From the human T2T-CHM13v2.0 reference genome, Homo sapiens, in NCBI RefSeq assembly GCF_009914755.1, contig NC_060928.1: DNA of 64,000 bases, one strand, 5' to 3'. A model generated the notes under the pieces. That model searched no databases. It was given only the letters and a program-made list of their open reading frames with translations, and was not told where the DNA came from. How positions within the stretch are numbered: the stretch's first letter is position 1; every line of letters starts with the position of its first letter. This document shows, piece by piece, positions 19,566 to 30,523 of the stretch. Position numbers and translations under genes: made by a program.

Positions 19566-21624
19566 GTAATTAGAAGAAACTAAATTCTCCAGGAATATTT
19601 TCCCCCCATTTTTTCTTCCCCATCATTCCTAATTCTCACTCTCTCCTTTTCCTTAGAATAAGTAGTCATGAGATTAGGCTCATCTTTCTGATTTGCTCAT
19701 CCATTTTATAAGTCATTTTTATAAGAGCGTAAAATTATTTGCAATCTGGTAAGATAAAACAAGTTGAACTGTTGACTGCAAGATTGTCAGTAGTGAATGT
19801 TTGGTTTCCCTTATTGAAATCAAAAGTTACAAAATTTCATAACATACATAAAATCACCACCACAAAAATCCATCTTTCCCAACATAAAATTAAATTAAAA
19901 ATAAAATGAGTGTCTGTTAGCATATCAAAAAATGATGTTTCCCTTTTGAACTAGTTCACCAAGTTCATGCAGAAGAATGAACTTGGAGAATTCTATCACC
20001 GACAGCCCAGACAACAGACTGTGGCCTGATATTACTTATCTTAGTGGTGGGAGTGTATGAGGTTGGTAGGAAAACAACAGCAACAAATAAAAATGCCAGG
20101 ATGGTCTACAGAAAAAGTTTATTTAAAATTTTTTAAGGCAAATTTTAGAGAAAGTTTCAAAAGGGAACATTGCACGCCATTAATTTTTGCCCTGGCACAC
20201 AAACTTTCATCCTTTAGAAGGAACCAGAATAAATTTGAAGCTTTTAATAAAATATTTCATGGGGTAACAAAAGCAACATTAAACATTAATAAATAAGTCT
20301 TTGCTGCAAATTCATTTTGAAGTGTAGTCATCCAAGTGCAATATGCATTGTGTAAATGTAACTTTTGGAAATATTAATACTAATAAAGTCTGAGTTCATG
20401 AAATGTTCTTGCCTGTCATCTTGAGACCAAGATGCATCGTCAAATTGCAAGCAAACATTGTGAAATCAAAACCCAGGGCTGTTGGCTCAGTGAGATGCTG
20501 AATGAGAAATTGTTAAGTAAAAAAGACCAAAGGGAGAAAAAATGTTGTTCTATAACTAAACAAATGGAATCAGTAAAAAGTCATTATTTCTCTAAGTACA
20601 CATTTGACTACACAAAGGAGCCACTGTGTTCATCCAATGTGTCCCAGTGGTCATAGGCCTTGGTTATTCAAAAAGGACTTTTTCTTTTTTGTCATTACCC
20701 CTACCTTCTGTACTGTATACAACCTAAAGAAAGTTTTATGTATACAACCAACAATTCATTTTCCACATGTAATTTTATTTTTTTCTTTCAAAGGCCAAAT
20801 CTTCCATTGGAATAAAAAAAAATCACCAACTCTTTAAGTTCTTTCATTTTCTATCTAAGCCTCCATATTATATAGAAAAACTGATATTGCCTCTTTAAGA
20901 AGTGTAATTTTACCTACATTGATCAATGTAACTCTGGTTCTTTACAAAAATGATGGAAATGTTCCCAGCTCAAATTATAATTTCAGGCATTAAATGATAG
21001 GTTCCCTTAGAAAATGTGAGCACGTTTTCTTTAGGGCAATGTTGACATTGGCTAGTCAATAAAATAATGTTTTCTTCTGTATTAACTCATTTAGTGGAAA
21101 CAAGTTCAGGGTTGGCCAGCCTACATGACCACCTTAGTGAAATCCTGAAATGTGTTATTGTTTTCTCAGGTAAGTATTGAGAAGCAGGAAATTTTTCTTT
21201 TTCTGTTTTGTTATTGTTGATGTTGTTATTGCTGTTCTTCATGATGACATCAACTGACATATGCCTAGCATTCTGTGTACTATGCAGGGAAACTAATTCA
21301 GTGTACTATGGAGAGAACTAACTCAGAAAAGAATGAGAAAGAGGATACTGGGAAAGAGGAAAGGAGGAAAAGTCACTTTGTAATTTAGTATAATCTAAGT
21401 ACCAAGACTGTATTTCTGTTCAAAACGAACAACAAAAAAGGTGAAAGGCATTGTCTGTCTACTGGAAAATTCTAAGTTTATTAAACACAAAAATTCCCTT
21501 CCTAAGAGATTTCTGAGATTCCCTATTTTGGCCAAAGTTATACATGATGATGATGATTAGCACACAAAGATAATAAATAATGAAGAAATCAGTGAATATG
21601 ACTTAATAGAAATGTCCTTATATT

Positions 21625-21877
21625 TTAAGACCCACTATAGCACTTACTCTGCTGCTAGGCACTCCTCTAAGCATCCTACAAATTTTAATTCATATCATAC
21701 TTGTAACAACCCCAGGAGATGCATTCTATTATTATCCAATCTTACAAGACAAGAAATTGGACCAAATAGAAGTTGTTTGTCCAAAGCTACATAGCTAACA
21801 ATAATATAGTCAAACTTTAAATCAAGCATTCTGGCTTCTGAGACTATGCCTTAATACCCATTAACCATGCTGCCTCA
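21625..21877 (-). mobile_element. MIR
   Basis: agcacttactctg...ctaggcact...aacaacccc...attatccaatcttaca...ccaaagctacatagct...accatgctgcctc. Confidence 0.7.
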
Positions 21878-22802
21878 ATGTGCTATTTAGCAGAAGGTAA
21901 GCCTGCTTACATTGTCAGGTTGATGTACCTATATTCGGCTCTTTTAAGTTGTATTGGTAGTCACTCAATATTTCAGATAGTCTATTGGGGCTTCTAAAAT
22001 AATAATGGTTTGCTATTCATTAATAATTACTAATAATAAGTCAATTATTATTTTAGAAGCGATAGTGATCCATTATTATTTTAGAAGGAATATTTGATTT
22101 TTTTTAGTAGTTTAGGATATTGGCATTAAATCTAAGAGAAAAGCCTGAAGTAAAGGCATGGCTCCAATTTTTTTTTGTATTTATGGTAATCCTACAGGTT
22201 GTTACCTTACAGACTTGCTCAAAAAAAAAAAAAAAAAAAATCCATCAATGAGCCCAAAACCTGAGGTTGTGGATGACCTTTGATTTAAGGGACTTGAAAG
22301 GGTCTCCAGATCACCATCATTGAGGTAACACGTTGAGCTTTGGAGACAGACAAATTTGAGGTTTCATTCTCACCTTACCATGTACTATCTTTGTATCCTT
22401 AGGCACATTCTTAATCTCTCAGCAGCTAATGATTTTTAGTTGTAAAATGGAACTAATAATGTAGTTTCTTGGAGTTGCTTGGAGAATTTACATATGATGC
22501 CATAGTAAAAGCTCAAAGAGTGTTAGTTCCTTTCCTTTTTATTGACAATATCATGACTATAATTATATTTTCAAGTAAAATGGGTATTTCACAACACGTT
22601 ATCTCTGTCTGCAAATTTCTGCAAATAACTTTAAGATATCAAAGATTTCGTGAAATTGAACATCTTTGAGAGAGAGAAAGAGGATAAAGTAGATTGTCAT
22701 GATCCTACCTTCTACACCTCAAATCTCCACCACTAGATTTGACTTAAACAAAATACAGAGGACATTATCACTAGAAGGCTACATTTTAAATGTTTGGGTT
22801 TC

Positions 22803-22945
22803 AGCTAGGCATCATTACTCACACCTGTAGTTCCAGCATTTGGGGAGGATGAGACAGGAGGGTCACTTGAGGCAAGGAGTTCCAGACAAGCATAGACAAC
22901 ATAGCAAGACCCTGTCTCTATAAAAAATTAAAAAATAAAATAAAA
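22803..22945 (+). mobile_element. FLAM/AluJ-type left monomer
   Basis: ctcacacctgtagttccagcatttggggagg...cacttgaggcaaggagttccagac...gcaagaccctgtctcta followed by A-rich tail. Confidence 0.85.
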
Positions 22946-23429
22946 TGAGTGTCTGTTAGCATTTCAAACATTAATTAAATATTTCAGATTATTTAGGTCA
23001 GTAAATAGTACATTTCCCCCTGCAAAGACACTTGTTTCCCACATTGACCCTCATATCGAAAGATTCCATCTCTCAAGAAAATTGAGTTTATGTAGTAATA
23101 CTTAATTTAACTCCCATTTTCATTGAAATCCTATATACAGATATAGTCAAGTTTCTTATCAGCATGAAACCACTAGTGTGCTCACACCTAATTGATAAAA
23201 TTCCAACCCAAAGCAAAGAAACTTAACATATTCACTCATCTTTATTGTCTTATTGCAAGCTAATTGTTGTAGACTGTAAAACTATTCATCAATAATTAGT
23301 TCATATCCATGATGGAAGATTATATTTCCCAGTCCTGTTAAATTCAGGTGTGGCCATATGACTTGCTTTGGCCAAGATATGAACGGATTGGAATATGTTA
23401 ATTCCAGGTGAAAGTTTTCAGAGTAGTCC

Positions 23430-24300
23430 AGAGCTGAGACCTGAAGGATTAATAAATATTAGCCAGGTAAAGAGAAGAGAAAAGCTATTCTAGACAGAGG
23501 AAATAGCATGTGTTAAACCTGGAAGAGATTGGCAAACCCAAGCCTTTAGGTTAGTGTAATTAGAGAGACTCCTGGACTGCAGTAGTAGGAAAGAGGTAAG
23601 ATGGTACAAATTTGTTCGTCATATCAAGGACTTTATATTTTTTAGCAAGTGCAGTATGAATCCATATAAGGGTTATGAGCATGGAAGTGACATGATCCGA
23701 TTTAGTTTTGTAAGGAGAGCTCAGGGTTTTGTACACAGAACAAATTGGAGACAGAGATAGTGGAATCTGTTAACCACATAAAAGACTAACATGATTATCC
23801 AGGCTGGAACTGATAGTGGCTTGACCCAGAGCAATGGCTGTGGAGGCGCAACAAGAGGGTAGATTTTAAATATAACTAGGGGAAGACTTAATAAATGCCT
23901 AATAGACTTAATGATAGATAGAATGTAGAAATAGAATAATAGGGAGTCAGAAGGATGACTTTGGGGCTCTAAATTAAGTGACTAGGTGGAAGGAGACTCC
24001 ATTTATGGTGACAAGGAAAACTTGCAGATGTGCACACTTGGAGAAGGAGAGCAAATATATTTAACCTGAGAACATAATATGGAGATCCCACTGAGCAGGT
24101 GATGCTTAGAGAAGTAATCTGGACAGGTAACAGATTATTAGATTATTAGAAAGATTATTATAATATGATTATTATGATGGAATTATTTAGAAAGAGAGTA
24201 GAAAAGGAGAAGAGAATATAAAAGCCCCTGCTATCCAGGTCTGAGTAACTCTAACATTCAACTGGAGAGAGGAAGAGGAATGTGATAGGAAGACTGAGAA
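23430..24300 (-). mobile_element. Degenerate L2 fragment (preceded by MLT1-like piece at about 23265-23425)
   Basis: gagctgagacctgaaggatta...attctagacagaggaaatagcatgtg...gtgacatgatccgatttagttttg, typical antisense L2. Confidence 0.55.
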
Positions 24301-25374
24301 AAACAGAGTTTTAATAAATCGACTCCCACTGGAAAGCACTTAATTGATTCTTCAGCTTGAAGATATAGGATGGGTATATTTTCCTAAAAGAGAGCAGCCA
24401 TCAGTAGATTCTGAATCTGGGTCAGTCAGGAGCTACTGACTGACCTCAGGGGATGATAGAAGAGGGAAGGGGCACAGCTTCTTTGCTAAGCGTTGGTGAA
24501 ACTTCAGCTTCTTCACAGTTTTATTTAAGGCCAAACCATTTCTTTATTTTCTACGGTGTTTCCTCAAAAAAAGACACTATTGTCACTCTGTATGTTTGCA
24601 TTTAACACACTAGTATGTTTAAACTGTGTTTATAGTCTTCTAGAAGCTGTATAAACAATTTGGGTCCCGCCACAAACTAGGTACAATTTCTTCAACTATA
24701 GCCTAGTGGTACAAGAAGCCATTTCCATGTAAAAATCATTGTTTTTGCACCCCCTCATCATGCCACATAGATTCAGGTGCTTTCACCTTCCTCAAACTGC
24801 AGGGCCCATGTTACTTATAGCTGCAAATTGGCCCACTGGATATAAAAATTCCTAAAGGGGAGAAAAAACATGGGATTATCCCATTTTTAAAGGGATAACT
24901 ATTTAGACATATTGTCCTTGGTCTAATCACTCACCTGTCCCTGACTTGATATTAGGTACTTTAAGGGACTCCTAATTTGAAGGAAAAGTTGCCACTATCC
25001 AAAAAATGATGCCGTTTCTCTCACCCCACCCGGCTAAGGTGAGAGCACCTGGTAACCAACTTCCTTCAGTACATTTATCCTCCAGAGAAATTTGCCTAAT
25101 AAATTCCAAGAGCTTAACAAATACTAGTTTTCTCATTTTCTGCCTAATGCAAGCTTAGAACTCAGCTTCCGGTTGACCTGATTACTTTCCTGAATTCTAG
25201 GCCCTTTATCAATGCTAACAATAAAGGCCAGTCTCATATCTACTGTTTTATTTAATAGTCACAATAACCCTATAAAATTCATCTTCATAAAAATGCCACC
25301 CTGCCTCTTGTTCAGGCAGGAATTTTCTTGAAAGACAAATTTTAAGTTACCCTTGATTGAGGCTTTAGAAACAA

Positions 25375-25703
25375 TAGTCATGCATGACATAATGACATTT
25401 CAGTCAACAAAGGACCATATAGAAGACGGTGGTCCCATGAGATTATAATGCTGTATTTTTACTGAACCTTTTCTATGTTTGGATATATTTAGATACACAA
25501 ATAATTGCCTAGAGTATTCAGGATAGTAACATGCTGTACAAGTGTGTAGCCTAGGAGCAATAGGCTACACTGTATAGCCTATGTGTGTAGTAGTCTATAC
25601 CATCTAGGTTTGTGTTAAGTTTACTCTCTAATGTTCACACAATGACAAAATTGCCTAGTGATGCATTTCTCAGAACATATCTCCGCCAAGCAACCCATGA
25701 CTG
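25375..25703 (+). mobile_element. Tigger3a/MER7-type MITE (TcMar-Tigger)
   Basis: TIRs (c/t)agtcatg...catgactg followed by TA; internal gacggtggtcccatgagattataatg. Confidence 0.85.
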
Positions 25704-26519
25704 TATTTCAGAGCTCATGGCAGCAACCTCACGTTCCAATAAGCTACGCAGAACCCTGGGTAGTTTTTGGGAACTGACTTACCCATCTTCTACAATCCGG
25801 TTAGACTTAGCTCTCTAATCCATCTAGACCAGCTATTTTCTTTGGTCATTTCTATTGTCTCAATCACTTACGTTAAAGAAAGTCTTTTAGAGATGTTAAT
25901 CAGGAAGTGCTAACCAGGCTGCTGGAGTTGCTGTAGCGCCAGCCTCAGATCTTTTGAGACATAAAGTGTATAGATACATATGTGCGTTACTTACGTTCCT
26001 GTCAGTCAACTGGTTGTCTCATCATCTTCAGAACCATAAGACATAACCTAAAATGATGCTTGAACTTACTTCTTAAAATCTAAAACCACATTTCTCACAT
26101 AGTCATCACACATATATTTCTAATAGGATAGTACAATACAGTGATAATTCACCTCTCTGTATAGTCTACTTGGGGGGGCAAGGATATTTAAATTTCAATG
26201 GCCTGAATTCCAGTCTTGGTTCTACTATTTTTTTTTTTTTAGTGATCTTAACTTTTTTGAGCTTCAGTTCATTTTTTCCTCTTCTGTCCTACTTACCTGC
26301 AAGGAGTATTATGGAGCTGAATTAAGATAATACATTTGAAAGCAATAAAGAGTATTTTTCATATCTGGTTGATAATAATTTAATGACTACATAGTTTCAA
26401 CAAAATACTTCTATATATTAAGGCTGGTTTCAGTTCCTGTCTCAATCTCATTTTGCCCACAAAGAAGAGAATAATCAAGATTAGTGGTTCCCATAACTAA
26501 CTGATTTCACCTGAGAAAC

Positions 26520-26584
<65 letters not shown>
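26520..26584. repeat. (TA)n microsatellite, about 32 units, inside a MER5A-like element
   Basis: 65 bp of alternating AT with a single C at 26534. Confidence 0.97.
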
Positions 26585-26586
<2 letters not shown>

Positions 26587-27013
26587 TCAGACTCTACTTA
26601 CCAAGGTTTTGACTCAATGGACCAAGATACAGACCCAGGAGCCTGTATTTTTTAAATGCTCCTCATGTAAATTGCTACAGCTTTTTGGAGGAAGATGGCA
26701 ATGAGTGTTAACATTTAAAATATACTTACCCTTTAACCTGATAATTTTACTTCCTGCCAGCATACTTCAACAAGGGCAGAAAGATATACATGCAAATATG
26801 TTTATCATAGCTTTGTTTATACTAAAAAGACAACTTTTTATCAACAGGAGACTAAATAAATGATGGCACATTTATACAGTGGAAACTTAGGCAGTTGTTA
26901 AATAATGAAATGCTGGCATTAACAGATGTCCATGGCACACATTATTCTTAAATTTTTAACAAGCAAATTAAACAACAGTTTTATGATCTTTTTGATGAAA
27001 TGTTAAAAGTGTT

Positions 27014-27310
<297 letters not shown>

Positions 27311-27823
27311 GTGTTTGTGGTGTGTTTGTTCATGTGTGGGTGTATAACAGACACACATTGAACCACTAACTATGGCCAAATCTAGGAAATAGGTTTGGGA
27401 AATAGAGCAAGGGAAATGTGAGATTTTACTTTTTAATCAATACAATTAAACTTTTTTTCTTACAGTTATGATTCACAATCATCTACATTTTTATTGTCAA
27501 TGTCATCACTTAGCAGCTTCCTTAAATTGCCCCCAAATATACCCTGAACACTAATTTCTTCATTCATTTAGCCTATGAATAAATATGAGTAGTTATGCCC
27601 AATAAGTGCCAAGTGCTGTTCCAGGCACTAGCAACAAGCCAGACTACAAGCTTTGTCCTCATGGATTAAGCATCCTAACTTTTCTGAGCCTTAGTCCTTC
27701 CATCTGTGAGACTGATATATTACTCTCATAGAGTATTCTGAGGATGAAATTAAACGATGTGTGTAAAGTACCTAACATAGAATATAGCACCATAGATGTG
27801 CTCGGTTATTGTAAGCTACAATA

Positions 27824-30523
27824 CAAGCATATGTGGTTTTACTGCACTTTGCTTTATTGTGTTTACAAATTGAAGGTTTATGTCAACCCTGCAAGTCTAT
27901 CAGAGCCATTTTCCAAAAGCATGTGCTCACTGTGTCTCTGCATCACATTTTAATAATTCTCGCAATAGTTCAGACTTTTTCATTATTATTGTATTTGTTA
28001 GGCTGATATGTGATCAGTGATCTTGATGTTACTATCATAATTGTTTTGGGGCACAATAAACCGAACCCAGAGAAGATGGCAACCTCAGTCAATAAGTGTT
28101 ATGTGGGTTCTGACTGCCCCACTCACGGACCATTCCCCTCATATCTCTCCTTCTCCTCTGGCCCTCCTGTTTGCTGAGACACAACATTGAAATTTGGCTA
28201 AATAATAACCCTACAATAGCTTCTAAGTGTTCAAATGAAAAAACAAAAAGAGTCTCTTTCATTTGAACACATGTCTCTCTCTTGAATCGAAAACTAGAAA
28301 TAATTAATGAGGAAGGCATGTTGAAAGCTGAGATAGGCCAAAAGTTAGTTGTCTTGTGCCAGTTAGCCCAGTTGTGAATGCAAAGGAAAAGTTCTTGAAG
28401 GAAATTAAAAGTGCTACTCCAGTGAACATATGAATGATAAGAAAGTGAAACAGCCTTATTACTGAAAATGGAGAAAGTTTAATTGGTCTGGATAGAAGAT
28501 CATACCAGCCATAATATTCCCTTAGGCCAAAGCCTAACCCAGAGCAAGATCCTAATGCTCTTCAACTCTGTGGAGGCTGAGAGAAAAGAGGAAGCTGCAG
28601 AAGAAAAGTGGAAGCTATCAGAGATTGGTTCATAAAGTTAAAGAAAAGAAGCCATCTCCATAACATAAAAGTGCAGGGTAAAGCCACGGGTGCTAACATG
28701 GAAGCTACAGCAAGTTCTCTAGAAATTCTAGCCAAGATAATAGATGAAGGTGGCTACACTAAACAACAGATTTTCAATGTAGACGAAACAGCTGTCTTAG
28801 TCTGTTTTGCTTTGCTATAAAGAAATACCTGAGACTGAGTAATTTATAAAGAATAAAGGTTTTTTGGTTCATGATTCTTCTCGCTGGAAGATTGGGCATC
28901 TGGTGGAAGCCTCAGGGTGCTTCCTCTCATGGTGGAAGGTGAAGAGGAGCTGCTGTGTGCAGAAATTCCATGGTGAGAGAGGAAGCAAGAGAGAGAGGGA
29001 ATGTGCCAGACTCTTTTTAATAACCAGCTTTTGTGGAATCAATAAAGTAATAACTCACTCATCCCCAAGGAAGGGCATTAATTTATTCATGAGGAATCTG
29101 TCAAGATAACACAAATATTTCCCATTAGGCCCCACCTAATGGGAATCAAGTTTCAGCATGAGATTTGGAAGGGACAAACATCCAAACTATAGCAATTGCC
29201 CTCTATTGGAGGAAGATGCTGTCTATCACTTTCATAGCTAGAGAGTAGAAGTCAATGCTTGACTTCAGAGCTTCAAAGGACAGCCTATCTTGTTAAGGCT
29301 GAATACATTTGGTGACTTTCAATGCTCATTTACCATTCCAAAAGTCCTTAATAATTATGCCAAATCTTCTACTCTGCTTATACTCTATAAATGGAACGAT
29401 AAAGCCTGGGTGACAGCACATCTGTTTATAGCTTGGTTTATAACACATTTTAAGCCCAATGTGGAGACACTGCTCAGAAAACAAGATTCCTTTCAAAATA
29501 TTACTGCTCATTGGCAATGCACCTGGTCACCCACGAACTCTAATAGTAATGAACAAGGAGATAATGTTGTTTTCGTGCCTGCTAACACATTTATTCTGTG
29601 GCCCATGAATCAAGGAGTAGTTTTGACTTCCAAGTCTTATTATTTAAGAAATACATTTTGGCTGTAGCTACCATAGACAGACAATCTGGGCAAACTAAAT
29701 TGAAAAACCTTCTGGAAAGGAGTCACCATTCTATACACCATAATCTTCAGGATTCATGGAAAGAGGACAAAATATCAACATCAACAAGAGTTGGGAGGAA
29801 GTTGATTCCAATCCTCATGGATAACTTTGAGGGAGTTTAAGACTTTATTGGAGGAAGTAACTGCAGATGTGGTGGAAATAGAAAGAGAAATAGAATGGAA
29901 GCGGAGCCTGAAGATGTGACTGAATTGCTGAAATCTCATGATAAAACTTGAACGGATGAGCAAAGAAAGTGGTTTCTTGAGATAGAAGCTACTCCTGGTG
30001 AAGATGCTGTGAACACTGTTGAAATAACAAAGGATTTTGAATATTTCATAAATTTAGTTGATAAGACAGAGGCAGGGTTTGAGAGGGCTGACTCCATTTC
30101 AAAAGACATTCTACTGTGGATAAAATGCTATCAAACAGCTTTGCATGCTATAGAGAAATCTTTTGTGAAAGGAATAAGAATTGATACAGCAACCCTCATT
30201 GTTATCTTACTTCAAGAATGGCTACAGCCACTCCAACTTTCAGCAACCACCCTGCTGATCAGTTACCAGCTGTCAATGCTTGGGCAAGACTCTCCACTAG
30301 CAAAACAACTGTGACTCACAGAAAGCTCAGATTATTATTAGCATTTTTAGCAAAAATATTTTTAATTAAGGTATGTACTTTTTTAGGAATAATGCTATTA
30401 TATTTTTAATAGACTGTGGTATAGTGTAAACATAAATTTTGTATGTACTGGGAAAACAAAAACATGACTTGCTTTATTACAGTGGTCCTGAACTGAACCT
30501 GCAATATCTCTGATGTATGGCTG
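27824..30523 (+). mobile_element. Near-full-length Tigger1 DNA transposon, decayed transposase, interrupted by an MST LTR
   Basis: TA-flanked TIRs caagcata...tatggctg. Fragments [18 protein letters not shown]...[19 protein letters not shown] and LYKWNDKAWVTAHLF...[20 protein letters not shown] match the pogo/CENP-B-like DDE transposase. Confidence 0.92.
28793..29194 (-). mobile_element. MaLR solo LTR (MSTB-like) nested in Tigger1
   Basis: tgtcttagtctgttttg...gctataaagaaatacctgagactg...caaacatccaaactatagca. Degenerate 5-bp TSD acagc/attgc. Confidence 0.88.

Noticed and set aside
22221-22240. A20 run (and the A-run at about 60517-60533) as transcript ends or retrocopy tails
   Set aside because: No recognisable upstream retrocopy or TSD. 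These are genomic A-runs that would cause oligo-dT internal-priming artefacts.
22989-23000. RORE consensus ttatttaggtca
   Set aside because: About one such match is expected by chance in 64 kb of AT-rich DNA, and there is no supporting context.
28089-30409. Cluster of ORFs as a domesticated TIGD-like gene
   Set aside because: Multiple frameshifts, stops and an LTR insertion; ordinary decayed Tigger1.
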